DNA of 64,000 bases from Klebsormidium nitens (lineage: Eukaryota > Plantae > Klebsormidiophyceae). A model generated the notes under the pieces. That model did no database searches. It saw only the letters and a program-made list of their open reading frames with translations, and was not told the DNA's origin. This document shows, piece by piece, positions 12,592-25,327 of the stretch. The translations under genes were made by a program, and so were the position numbers. The stretch's first letter is position 1. The number at the start of each line of letters is the position of its first letter. Where the stretch lies: positions 1 to 64,000 of the forward strand of contig DF236955.1 of the NCBI GenBank assembly GCA_000708835.1, in the 5' to 3' direction.

Positions 12592-15500
12592 CTAAGAGCT
12601 GGTGCCGCTGGCGAGCCGGCCTTGGTTCTTGCGCTTCCTGGTGGGGGCCTCCTCCTCAGTCTGCGGAAGCACCAGACATTGAATGATCCCACTTGCAATT
12701 TCCAAATCAGAGCTCTGAGCAGATAAAATCAGATAACTGGGGAAGCAATGCAATCTCGGACAGCTTCCATTTTACACCCCCGGATCATCAGCAGAAAACC
12801 TAGCCACCAATCAATTTGGACCGTTGATGCTGGGAGTGCTCAGAGGAGGATGCATCCGGATCAAGAAGTCAGAATCTCCTTTCCAGACCAGACAAGTATG
12901 ACTTTCAAATTGCGGGCCGCAGCTACCACTTCAATGAGGAGCAACAAAAGCAAAAGAACGAAATCAACTGAACGCAACCACCAGCATCCAGAACCGGGTG
13001 ATTTGAGGCATGAGAACTCACCTCCTTCTTGACGGTCGTCTCCTTCTCGGACAGGACAAGCTCGATGTGGCAGGGGGAAGACATGTAAGCTGCAAAAGAC
13101 AGGACGTCAGGAAAACGACAAACGCAAACTGGTTGTCTGATTGGGTAAGTCTTGAAATTGGGGATCAACCTGAAGGTCTTGAGCTAAGCGCCAGTTGTGA
13201 TCAATCCGACCAGCAAAGGACAGAGTCACGAAGTAAATCGATGCTGACATATGATGCAGCAGGATGACAGGGCCCCTTGCCCCTCTCATAAATACGCAAT
13301 GAAGATTATGACTCCTCCATGCAAGCAACCGAATCAGCTGGCAAAGCAACCAAATCCCTCATGCTGCTTGAAAAGTCATCAGAGCAGACCCAAACCGCCT
13401 GAGCCGACCAATCTCAACATGCTCACCCTCTTTGCCCTCTGTAAGTGTTGGTAGCCCAAAAACCAGCCTTCACTTGAAGTTCCAGGCAAGAAAAGAGTCC
13501 GAACAGAAGTGGAGCAGAATGGAACAAAGGGAAAGAAAGCGGACTCACGGTTGATGCGCCCGTGGGCACGGTATGTTCTTCTCCTCTGCTTCTGCGCCTT
13601 GTTCACCTGGATGTGCGACACCTCCAGCGTGTCAACATCTAGACCCTTGACCTGCAGAAGAAAAGAAAAATGTCAGAGATGGCAACTTGCCGATGAATCT
13701 AGCAAAGAAGGTACGAAAGTGTGGTCCGGAAAGGGTGCTGTGACATGTGTCCCCCTGAGCTGAAGTCTTGCAAAGGTCACTATTTTGCAATTCGTTTTGC
13801 ACTGGCTACATCAGTAAACTGAATGGAGGTAAGGTAACTCGAAGTTCCCTGCCCACAATCCTTGCACAGGTCACAATGGGCACTACATGATGATGTGCAA
13901 TCAAGTAGCAATGGCCTTCAGTGCCAGATGCTTAGAGCTGACCAATAGTTGTTGCAATCAAGCTCCTCGCGGACATGCAAAATCGTGCCCAGGTATTCAA
14001 CCCGGTTCCCCCTTCTAACTGAGGAACTTATCTTGTGCCTCCAGAAAGGACATACAAGATACATGACCCATTTGCTCAATCCAGCCAAAGCTGGGCAACG
14101 GACACTTTGCGTCCAAGCGGCCAGCTCAAGGGTGCTGTAAGACGGCAAACCGATGCTCCATTCGTGTTTTGGACACAAGGAGAGCCGTTTCTCACCGCCA
14201 GCAACAAACAACTCTCCTCCATCGAAGAGAAACAAGAGAACTAAAGAACAACATGGATCCATGAAAGCGTTGCCTCTCGCGCCCCACCTCTGCGTTGCTC
14301 TCCGCGTTCTTGAGCAGGTTGAGCAGGAACTCGCACGACTTCCTGGGCCAGCGGCCCTGCCCGTTGGCCTGGCCCGCGTTCTTGGCCTGCGCTGTCCGCC
14401 CCACGCCACCGCAGAAGCGCCGGAAGGTGATGACCTCCTTGTGCGCAATGACGTTCTCCAGGTACGCCTTAGCGCGCACCAGGGTCATCTTCTTGATGGC
14501 CTGGGCTGACTCACGCGTGTTCTGCACGGGTGGGGTTAGGCAGTGGGTTAAGGTTGGGGCAGGTTACGCGTGGGTTTCTCGTTTTATATAAACCTACTCA
14601 TGCTTTCCTGTGTGGGAGATTGAGTTGGCGAAACCCGTTGATGGGGGGTTTGCCCGCCGCAGGGGCTTCGCTCGACAGAACTTCAACCAGCGTCGTAAAG
14701 AAAAGACGCTGAGGCGAACCAAATTGTGCAATTGCAGCAAAGACCATCGAGTCTTGTACTGTTTGCCCAGGACCCGATACAGGGATCGCTTAACGCTGCG
14801 TGTCATTTGCCTTTGCTAACCAACCAATTGCGCAATTGAAGTCTACCACTGCGCCCCCCAACCTGCTTCTGCGGCCTTCTGCTGCTCTAGGCACAGGCTC
14901 GTCCAAGTGCCTTGCAAACTTCTACAAATAGAGGCAGGTGGCAAAGCTGTCCTGGTAACGGTGCTGTTGAGACTGTCAAACCTGCTGCTCGCATCTGCAC
15001 CGCTGATCAAAATTCTGACTTGTTGCCATCTCCAAAAGCAGACCCAAGGATATCAGCACTACAGGCCAGATTAAGGCCAGGTTAATTGCTTGGCGTGCGC
15101 TTTTGCCGATGTGCTGAGATGACACCTAAAGGGAGATCAAAAGCTTGTGACTGCCAGCCCAGTATCCTCCATGTTAAGACCTGATTGCACTGGTCGACAC
15201 AGCCGTGTCAAGGTTGACCCGGCGGAAAGGCGCCCCAAACTCCCGCCCAGAGTGTTTCACGCCATGCTACAAGACACAGACATCTGAAGATTTGCGGGCT
15301 CAGTTGGTAAGCACGACCCCCAGCCCCGTGGGTTGAACACAAAGGCCCTGCACCTTCTCCTCCAACCCTCACTGCAATGCTTCCCAATGCCTTTCTGCCA
15401 CTCCTCCTTCCCAAATGCACCCATGCCCCGGCCGCCTTCTGTTGCTGCGGCCTTCCAATATGAAAGCTTTGGCTGCGCTTAAGTTAAGCTCTGGAGTCAC

Positions 15501-16017
15501 TAACCTTGAAGTGCACGCGCAGGTCAGACCCACGGGCCTTGACCGCTGCAGAAAACAAGAGCGACACGATTAAGATAACCATTACCAACCAGAAGATGAC
15601 CCAAAAAAAGGGGCCAAGAGGGAAGGGTATTGAGGAGGTCATTCCTAAGCCAGCACAGAGCTGAAAAGATCCTCTATGCGTTTCAGATTATCCACACAGG
15701 AAAGCCAGTTCCGCCAACAACAAAAGCAGGAAGGAGCATTACACCGCACTTCCCTTGTTCCTGTCTGAGCATACAAACAAGAGGTAAATGACAGTCTACA
15801 TTCGAACAAAGAATAGCAACTCACTCTTGGTGCTGCTATCCGGCTCATTCGCGTACTTCACCTGCAGCAGAAGGAACGCAGAATGAGGACACCTCTCCAA
15901 GCACCAAAAACATAACACCGACATACAAAATCAGTCTCCCTATTGTACAGGCAACCAATCAGCCCGAGCACTCAAGAGCACCTAAGGTGCCCACGGTCTC
16001 AGCGCCTGACTCACCAT
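12592..16017 (-). CDS. RPL17: 60S ribosomal protein L17 (uL22); exons 16017-16015, 15861-15825, 15545-15505, 14521-14288, 13651-13549, 13089-13022, 12660-12592 (184 aa)
   Basis: M|[26 protein letters not shown]|[11 protein letters not shown]...GVGRTAQAK...GRWPRKS...NAESNAE|VKGLDVD...[29 protein letters not shown]; ATG-only first exon; all GT-AG. Confidence 0.97.
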
Positions 16018-16404
16018 CTTGGCGGCCCTTGCGCACCCTTCCGAGCAGGCCCCTGGGTGAAAGAGGACGAGAAACGGGGAGGAGAGCCGCTTGGCGTCTT
16101 CCCAAAAGCAAAGCGTTTTCGACCATCTTCAACTTCGACGGCAGTGTCTGGTTTCAATGGCTGTTCGATAATGGTTATCGTCGAATCTAAGTTCTCACTC
16201 AGCAAGAATTGTTGCGAACTAGAGCCTAGAGCAGATGATTTTTGGCTCTCGAAAAGCAGGCCAGAAAGTTGGGGTTCTGACTCCTAGGCTCGATCTGAGC
16301 AGTTCTGAATTCACTCTTATCCGAGCACTGATCAATCAATGACAATAGCACTAGAAAGCTCAGGAACGCTCATCTGTTGATGTTTCGCCTGTTCCCTGGT
16401 CGAG

Positions 16405-19400
16405 ATGAGAGCTGTTGCGTCTCGGCTCCCAAAGAGAATCGGTGCGTGCACAGCATTGGACGCATCCGTATTGAAAGAAACCCTTGGTAGATCTAAAATG
16501 CTGGCCCGTCCAACTATCCAGCTCCATCGTGCGGCGCCGGCGTCAGAATGTGCTCGATTTGGAGGCCTAGCTGCTGCCTCTCACCTGCGGAAAGTTGCGA
16601 TCTGTGAAGGTCAGCTGCGAACACTCTTCTTTGGACGTTGCTTGGCTAGCCCCCCCTTCTGCAGAAAGGAGCGGTTTTTAGAAAAGCAAGGAATCCATGC
16701 ATCTTCCTCAAGCCAGGAGCCACGATACAAGGCCCTGACTGTGGACATTGGGGGGACGTTTCTCAAGACGTCAGTGCCTGTGGCTGAGGCGTATGCCGAA
16801 ATTGGGAAGAAGTATGGTGAGCAACATTTCCTTGCGCCCCCCTGAGCCTTTAGCGAAATCGAAGGACTTTCTGAAAGATCCTCCAAGAGCACTGGTGACT
16901 GGTGTTGGAATTGTTCCCATAGTCGCTGTCTCATTAGAATTCTGGTAGCAATGAAAGTTCTGACCACAGGAACTTGCGGAAACTCATAGGTTCTGGTCAA
17001 TTCTGGTCTGCTTGTTCACATCTCTTCTCAATAAGTCCATTCAGCCGCTTTGTGCCCCACAGAGATGGTGCAGTACTTCATTAAGGTCGATGTCTGCCGT
17101 TCTGAGTCTCAATCATCTCCGCTTGGAGCTGGTAGATAAAGGCGCTTTTCTCTGACACCCAGGCAAAATGTTAGACGAGATCAAGGCTTATCACTGCAAT
17201 CACTAGCAATCTTGCTGCAGGAGTAACGGCGACCCCTGACGACATCAAGAAGGGGTTCAAGGCAGCCTTTGCAAAGCCATGGCCTGACCGCCTTCGTTAC
17301 GAGGCACGTAAGAACCCTGTCTCCTTTCTGCTCTTGGAAAACTCTTCGGCTTTGAAAGGTGTGTTTTGAAAGCCTCTTCCCTGCATATGCTCGAGATGCG
17401 CCGACAACCTAGTGTCTAAGTGAGTCAAGAAGATGGATGGTGCCAGTCGTTTTTAAGCGGTCACATAGCCCATTTTCCAAGGGGATAAGCTTCCAAGGCT
17501 TTGGCGCTCGCTTGCATGCTTATTGTCCAGATTGCATCACTCTCAGAATTTCGACGGAAGCAGGATTCTGCCTCTGCAAACGATTCGGTCATAATGTACG
17601 AAATCTTTCTTCCCCAAAATGGTCAATCATACATTCGTCGAACACCTTGAATCACTTGAAGAAAAGATTTCTTCAGATTAGCTCGGACCTGACATTGCTT
17701 TCTTGTAAATTACTTACTCTGCTTCACCCGTGGCCCCCTATCTTGATCGTGGACCTGAACACTCATACAGTAGATGTCTTGCGCAGGGTGACGGCCGGCC
17801 CTTTTGGCGGCATGCTGTCGCTACTGCCACAGGGTGTGACAACACTGATTACTTTGAAGAACTGTATCTGGTGAGGGGGTTCTTGATCAGATCGGGATCG
17901 GAAGTCAAAAAGAATTCTAATTTTGAATCTTAAAAACTCGAGAACATGTTTGGCACCCATCAGCTTCCTCGGTCTGGTTTGTAGTCTTCGGTAGCAGTCG
18001 GATATCACATGCCCTGTAGTTCTTGTTGCCCACGCTTTAGCCCTTGTATCCTCTTCCAGGATGGATCAGTTGGGTCCCCTTTCATTGCAACGGGAGCCTA
18101 AGATTTGCCTTGATAGTTGCTGTTCGGCAATCCCCTGGAATCGACTTGCTGTATTCACTCTCCTATCAACCACTCTCTCCCCAAATCTGTCTGCAGCACT
18201 ATAGTCGAGGCGATGCTTGGAAAGTCGAGGATGGGGCTGAAGAGGCCTTGTCAAAGCTGAAAGCAGCGGGTGGTAAGCCGGATATGTCTTCCTTCTCCTA
18301 AGGGCAGCTCGTTTCGCGCAGCTCCTTGACTATTTGAATAAACTTCCAGACTGACCTGCAGCTCGAGACTCTCGTTGGGCGACGCTGGAGTGTTTCGCCC
18401 TGCTTTGAATCAGCGATCAGTTCGCTAGAGGGACACCTCAAGGTCCCCATGCATGCCTACTGTGCATACCTTTCGATCGGAGATTGGCTGCCCGAAGGAA
18501 AACTTTGATTCGTATTGGAGAATCAATGGCTGCAGTAGTCTTTCTTTGTAAGCGAAGAAGACAGGGACGCGCCTCTCATCCACGGCCTCTTGGTCGAATG
18601 CAGACTCTCACGTAGAAACATCAAAGTGTATCTTAGTTCGTTGACCATGCTTGGCATCGGCGACGAACTTAGAGCGCCAGAGTTTACGAGGTTCTCACTG
18701 CAGCGTACTCGCTTCGACCTTGTAGATTTCTCTTGCAGTTAAGCTTGGCGTCGTCTCCAACTTCGACACACGCCTGAGGCCCGTGCTGGACGATCTTGGA
18801 GTGTCCGACCTGTGAGTTACCTAGGCCCGACTCTTGCTTTGACATAAGAGCAGTCGTTTAGGAGTGTTTTTTCAGTCCGGAAATGCTGCCGGCGCCATGC
18901 TAGGGCGTCGAGCCGAGAGCCTTATCTATGCTCTCCTTCGGCTTTCGTCGTGCTCGTTACTCCGCCGTTTGAGGGAGCCTTCTGACGTCATCGAGGCTTC
19001 TGCAGGTTTGATGCAATCATCGTGTCAGCGGAGGTCGGCCACGAGAAGCCGGCGACGGAGATCTTCCAGGCTGCACTGAGTGAGTCCATCATTGAAGCAG
19101 CTCAGATTGACATAACATCACCTACGTTTCCTCCTCGAACTCGCAGCAAAGTCTTTGAAATACGATCCGAGAACGGGCGGAGGCCTTGTAGTAAGCGGCA
19201 GCTTTTGCGAAAGTCAGAGCAGCGTTTGGTTTAATATTTCAACTGAGATACTGCCAGCGATGGTTGTCCCCGGGTCCCAGGCTTGGCTTTCAGCCAGGCG
19301 GAATAGGGCTCCAGGATAGCGACCCGGGAAAATCTCCTTCGGTTTATGGTGTCGTAACGGGTAGAGGGAGACTTGTATATCCTGGCCGGTTCACGCCTTC

Positions 19401-19716
19401 GCCCTTGACTACAAGCCCCCAGAGTCTTTGGTTAGAGTTGAGTGCATGAACAAAATGGACCCGTCGAGGACTCGATTGTAGCCTAAAGGTTTCTACGACT
19501 CCAGGTGCCGCGTCCTCCTTTATCATTCTATCGCATACTTCTTAACCGTTGATCTCCGATGCAGGTGCTCTGAGCATAAGCCGGTCAAGCGAAGCTGCTC
19601 ACATTGGCGACGACCGTACGGCGGATGTCGATGGAGCAAAAGCCGCTGGTATGCAAGCCTGGTTGTGGAAGGAGGATGTCAAGACCTTCGACGAGCTTGT
19701 AAGACTGATCTTATAG
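16405..19716 (+). CDS. HAD-superfamily hydrolase, HDHD3/REG-2-like, probable organelle transit peptide; exons 16405-16816, 17221-17303, 17787-17870, 18197-18272, 18739-18811, 19006-19079, 19565-19716 (317 aa)
   Basis: Motif I ALTVDIGGT, GDGRPFW, motif II GVVSNFDTRL, motif III/IV SAEVGHEKP and AHIGDDRTADVDGAKAAG; phases consistent. Confidence 0.93.
17304..17786 (+). other. GC-AG intron (HAD hydrolase intron 2)
   Basis: RLRYE|GDGRPFW needs the phase-0 donor GAG|GCACGT; the nearby GT at +5 would create R-stop. Confidence 0.8.
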
Positions 19717-20776
19717 CAGGCTGCCGAGGATCCTCCTCAAGTGGCCGATATATCTTGAATGCAATCAGTTCGTTTTCAGCGGACGGCTGTGTGAAACTTG
19801 ATGGAGGGCAAAGTAGCCGTACTTTCAAATCCGTGCTTCTCCCAAGTTTTAGCCCAACCCGTTCGCAAGGCCTCACGAGTCACCAGGAAACCCTGCCCTT
19901 AGCCGGATGGTAGTGAGATTTCTTCCTGCGATGCCATGCAAACGATTGGATGTAGGTCATGCTACCCTGTAATGATAGCATGCTCAGACCCTGCCTTCAA
20001 CGGGTTTGGCTCGAGCGAGACAGGCCGACCATCTGCCAAGCCGGTGACCAGAATAACTAGCTCTCCAGATTGAAAGTAGATGCACCAAGAGCTCGCTACA
20101 AGATCGGCGCACGAATTGACGGGGACCCTTTGACCAGCGGAATGTTTCCGAACTATAGAAAGCTTGGACTGCCGCTTACGAAGTATGAGCATGCGTGGCT
20201 GACTGCTGCAAGCAACGCAGTAGTAGCTCAATCATCAAATGCATGATCTATGTTAGTCGAAGTTTGTTGATATGGTGCATGCCAGAACTGGGCCGCCGCG
20301 GTAGATTCCTTGCGGCACTGAGCCATGCGAAAGTCTGCAGTGTTGGCCACATACGCACCATACCCGCCTCTTGAGTAGGGATCAAGGGGCGGGAAACTTT
20401 GAAGCTCTGAACACGAGTGCCTGTGTGACGTAGGACTGGTAGAGTTTTGCCTTCTTCACGCCACGAGGGATCATCCTGCTTCATGCCTCTTGATTCGGAG
20501 ATCCGTGTCCGTCGGATGGCAAGCTCGCCAGCCAGGGGAACGGTGCAAAAGACAACACGTGTCGGCATTCATGTGTGGAATGGCATCGACGGATGTACGG
20601 CTCCGAAAATTGATCGAAAGGTCCTGTCTTCTACGGTCAAAGGTAGCCTTACTTCTAGAGTAGCACGCCGCACGTTGTTATGCGCAGAGCGCAGCATTGG
20701 CAAAATCCCTCATGCAGCAGTCAGAACAGCATTCTTCTGGTACCAACTGAAGCGGCAGTGCTAAGCATCTTCAAAC

Positions 20777-23700
20777 ATGGCGTCTTGCTCAGCAGCCAGA
20801 GTAGCTTTAGGAACTGAAAATGGGTTAGTATCGACTCAGCGACAGAAGTTACGGAAGTCGCATCCTGTTTGCCGTGCCAGCTCAACCACTTCAACAGCTA
20901 CGAATAGCCCCTGCCTGACAAGAAGCTCATGCTTCCGAGCTCTCCTTTCCAATCGCATGCAATCCTCCACTTCAAGTATGTCAGCACTTGACAGTCAGGG
21001 CCGCTTGCATGCTGGTAGTCAACAGCAATTTGGCGCAAAGCTACTTACAAATTCTGAAAAGGCAAAGGGAAGGCAGCAAATGTCTTCAAGGAGTTCATCA
21101 GGAAACCAGAACGAAACCAAGACTTTAGAGCCCCCAACTGATGAAAACGGGGCCTCAAGTCGGGATGCACAAGCAGATCAGCGGGCAGGGAGTCCTCTAG
21201 AGAAAGCAATGTGGGGCTTCTATGCTGCATACATGGCGTACATGATCTTTCTGCCCACTGGACCGGGCCTGGCACCTGTGAGTGTCCCTGACAAGTCCTT
21301 GATGTACTTTGCCACCACCTGTGGCAGTCTTCTCTTGAGTGGTGCTTTTCAGTAATGCAGACCAGCTGGAGAACATACGATCAGGTGGTGTTCCTGAGTG
21401 GCTGGCAAAACTTTTATAATATAGGAAAAGGGAAGTTGCGTGAAAGTAGGACACCTGTGTCAAGCGATGAGGAAGGGGCAGGAACAGAGAGGAAAGCAGA
21501 AGACAAGAAAGGATCTACATGCTGGAAGTGGGAGCAGATGAATACTTAATGTGGTCAGGCTTCAGGTTATCTCCATCTGATCAGCTTTGAGTGGAATGCT
21601 ATGCCTGATGCATGTATTGTTTCCGAGGATTTCTGCTTGATTCAATCTATAGTGATCTGCCATGAAGTCAGCACTTCGATGTCAATGAGCTGTAAGTCGC
21701 CCTCCCACAACTTGTGTGCATATATTGCTTGTAAGGAGTGCTACGACCCACTTGTTCCTGGAACTTTGGATACTGTAAACGGGCGTGCTTGGGTGAATGT
21801 GCATGTGAAGATTGTAGAGTCCGGTCATGGGAGACCAGACTGACATTGTTTGGTAACTTTTGCAGGGCGATCCTATCTGGGGCATGAAACCACCCGCGTG
21901 GCAGGAGGTCCTGGATCTTTCCTTCAACTTCATGCTCGTTGTGACGGGGCTCAATACAGGCAAGTAGGAAGCCTCTGCCAACTAGAGTAGATGATATCCG
22001 CGGCCTACAATGCTTGCCGGGAGTCACATTTTGTGGGGAGATTAAAATGAATGCAGCCCCCTTTATTTGGATCAGTAAGTGGGATCTGTGGTCTTAGTTT
22101 CAACCAACTACTGTGAAGGCAACGTAGAGCCTCTGCAAGGTCTGCGTAAATCAGGTTGCTTGGTCAAGCGACATATGTGTGTCTTGATAAGCTCTTTGCA
22201 CTCAAAAGGGCTGGGAAGCCTTTTTGGCGACCATCCGAAGCAAGTCACCACCCTCTCTTGCCAGATTTTCCTAACTCTCCGTTGGCCTGTTTCTCCTTTG
22301 AACAAGGTTAGTGACACTTTCGCTCTTGGGAGCTGGATGGGTACACTAAGACTGGCAAGTTGATACGTTGAAATCCGCAAGAAGCACCTTTCAAGGGAGT
22401 GCACCGTTTGAAAGATTGATCACTGTCAATTCCTTGTCGACTGCAGTTGGAGTGCATGTGGTGGAGGCGCCCACTGTGCATCCGGTGAGGACTCTTTGAC
22501 ACCTTGATCTGAATTCCGAAGCTTGCCGCCAGATTGATTATTGGACCCCAGGAAGTGCACAATTGCTGATTCCGTTTGTGCGGGGTTGCTGTCAACGGCC
22601 CTGGCAAGGCACTTTCTTCGAGCTTCAAAAGGACAGTTAAGAGTAGCACTGTTTGATGCATCCTCAGACGCAATCTGTTCAGCTCCTTCATACGTCCGAT
22701 GTTTGTTCGTATGCCGTCTCTGGCCGCTATCAAGTCTTGACGTCGTCGACTCTTTTCCGGATGTAAGTACAACAGGCCCAAGACGGGGCGCCAAGCGATG
22801 CTGAGAAACGACACAAACATGTGTGCCGCTTCTTTCATTGTAAATTTCATTCACTCAGGGTGAGCTCTTGTACGATCGTACCGGGTAAGAGATGCTTGAC
22901 CAACGCAACTCAGTGACGCTTTCCTCGTGGGTCACATGCTCGGTGTTCGTATGCAGGTTAACGAAGGCCTTTTTAACTTCGTCATCATCTGGAGCATTAT
23001 GCTGGCGCCGCTGATCATCGGCGACAAGCGCAAGGTCAGCCTGAAGACGAAGGAGCTGCTGTGGCTGGGAACGATGTTTATTACAAACGGTGAGTCGACT
23101 TTCTGTTGTGAACTCCGTTGTTGACACCTGGAAAAGGTCACAACCAAAAGTGAGCAAACTGTGTTGCCAGCTCTTGCCCGGCGAAGTAGAACTTTTCTAC
23201 ACGGCACAGAAAAGGAGAGCAGATTTGGCCAAGGAAAAGTCAAGCACTAGTAGTTTGACGGCAGTTGAGGCATCTCAATGTGGAGTAGCAATCAGCTTAC
23301 AAAAAAGAGAACAACGGCGGGTCAGGTTGTTGTTCATACCAGAGGACTTTTTGGCTTCGCCGTGGATTTTCTCTCCGTTGAACTGACGTGTCTACTACAA
23401 TCAAACACCTGTGACAGTCCCTGCCTTCAGCAAATCGACTATCTTGTTTCACCAAACGCTCATCGAAGTCCAAGACACACTCTCACACCAGAAGGATCCT
23501 GCTTCATATTTTCATTGCGTCGAAGTGAAATGCTCACACACGTTTGGGGAGAAAGACGAGATATATTTAAACATTCCGCTTGCCTCAAGAGTTTTAGCTC
23601 GTACTACTTGCTTGACGCGCTCCTCTCTTCGTTAATGCAGTCTTCGCGATCCCGTATATGGCTCTACGATCTGGCCGTCCTGATGCAGACTTGCCTTTAC

Positions 23701-24074
23701 AAGGATCGGACAACGATGACCCTTCCTGGGCTCGCGCGTTCGCACGAAACATTCTGGGCGGCAAGAAGGCCTTGGGCATTGTTGGGTTGGTAATAGGCAC
23801 CTTCATGGTTTATTGGGGCTTTTTCGGAAGAGCAGACATGGGTTTTGGGGGCATCGACGAGCGAATTCAGTATTTCTGGGGGCTCGTGAAGTCGGACCGT
23901 GTGATGTTTGCGTTTGTTTGGGATGTCATTCTGTATTCGATCTTCCAAGCATGGTTGGTGTTGGATTCTGCAAAGTCAGAGTCAGAGAGGGGTCTTGCCA
24001 AAATAGGTGCCATCCCGTTTGTGGGCTTGGGACTCTACTTGTTACTTCAACCACAAGAAGAGGTAGATGGTTGA
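20777..24074 (+). CDS. Conserved uncharacterised plastid-type multipass membrane protein; exons 20777-21277, 21866-21959, 22447-22484, 22957-23089, 23641-24074 (399 aa)
   Basis: Ser/Thr/Arg-rich N-terminus (transit-peptide-like); GDPIWGM...LSFNF, VEAPTVHPVNEGLFNFVIIW, FAIPYMALR, FAFVWDVILYSIFQAWL, AIPFVGLGLYLL resemble a plant/cyanobacterial membrane family; 1200 nt in frame. Confidence 0.85.
21960..22446 (+). other. GC-AG intron (membrane protein intron 2)
   Basis: Donor G|GCAAGT (GC-AG consensus), phase 1 matches the 38-bp exon at 22447. Confidence 0.85.
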
Positions 24075-25327
24075 AGAGAAAACGTTGATTACAGACAACA
24101 CGGCTCGCTGTACAGTCTTTTTGCTTGACAAGTTCTCTCCCAAGTTGTGTCAGATTCTGAGCGACATAAACATGTCTGAAGCTTGGCATCCAGAGTCAAA
24201 TTGCTCGTTTTGCCCAAAATGCAGCTAAAGATAGAAAGGTGCCGGCATGGTCTGCAACAATTGATCATATTAGGCATTGAAAATATGTTCTGCTTTCGAC
24301 TTTCTTGTGTATATGCCGTACCGTCAGATGTTGTGATTTGACAATATGTTCTGATGTTATGCTAGAGCACCACGTGAAGCAGCCGCTTGGCATTGTAGGC
24401 GGCTTACAGGTGCACCGCAGACTCATTGTGATTCGTACTTCAAATTATACAACAATTTGTATGGTCGAGTCGTATTTTCTGTGCACTAAGTCTGTCTGGG
24501 GCCCAAGTTTCGAGAGTGAATCACTCAGTCAAGCCAATTTTATCCATCGAACGCAGTTTTTGGGTGACTCAAAGTCTGAAAGCTTAATACTCTAGCTTGT
24601 TCAAAGCCCGGCGGGCCATGCGATGCCCGGCGCGCTTCTGCCACGCACACACCGCATTTGGATTTGCATGCAAAAGCTCCTCGATCAGGCTGAGGAGTTT
24701 TCGCGGTTCCCCGGTTCCAACTCCTTCATCCGAGCCGAGATTGTGAACGAATATAATGGAACGAATGGACGCTGGCCAAGCCATCCCGGACCAGATGAAT
24801 GGGACGCCTGGATCAAAAGTTGCGAGTGTATGAGCATGCTTGCTATAGCGGTCATGTTGCCAGTGCAACGTCCTCTTGCACATGCACAAGGCTGCAGCCA
24901 CCAGGCTGGACTCGAAACATTTGCACGGCTGTACTCTTGCTGTACTCTACTAATCTACTAAGTCTAGCCACCGCAAGCCCACCCCTGCCAGCTCGCCAGA
25001 GCGGCCCAGCACGGCCGCTGCGCCCGCATTCAAAACGGACCGGGCGGCCGCCCGCGCCTCGCGCTGGCCCGCGCTAGGATCGGCGGCCGCCGCTACGTTC
25101 CGCTACGTGCCGCTGCGGAACCAGCTTTGCTTGTTCAAAATTTAGAAGCACCAATGTCAAAACGTTCAAGGCCAAGCTGAGATCTGTGAGGACGCTTTGT
25201 TCAATGCGTTGTTGAATTGTAAATTTATCAAGCAGCAGCTAATGGTGCTTCGATCCGGCTTCTGCAGGTCTGCCTAGGTAGGGAAAAGACCGCGTGAACG
25301 GCGTGGGCATTGCCGGTCATAGTGCTG

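Noticed and set aside
12701-12792. Possible C/D-box snoRNA in last RPL17 intron (TGATGA ... CTGA on minus strand)
   Set aside because: C box lacks the purine, terminal stem is poor and no convincing rRNA-complementary guide was seen; snoscan would settle it
19962-20764. Intergenic ORFs between HAD and membrane protein genes
   Set aside because: No domain signal or splice support
22854-22884. Candidate micro-exon in membrane protein gene
   Set aside because: Phase-1 use gives a stop; the exon at 22447-22484 supplies the conserved APTVHP motif
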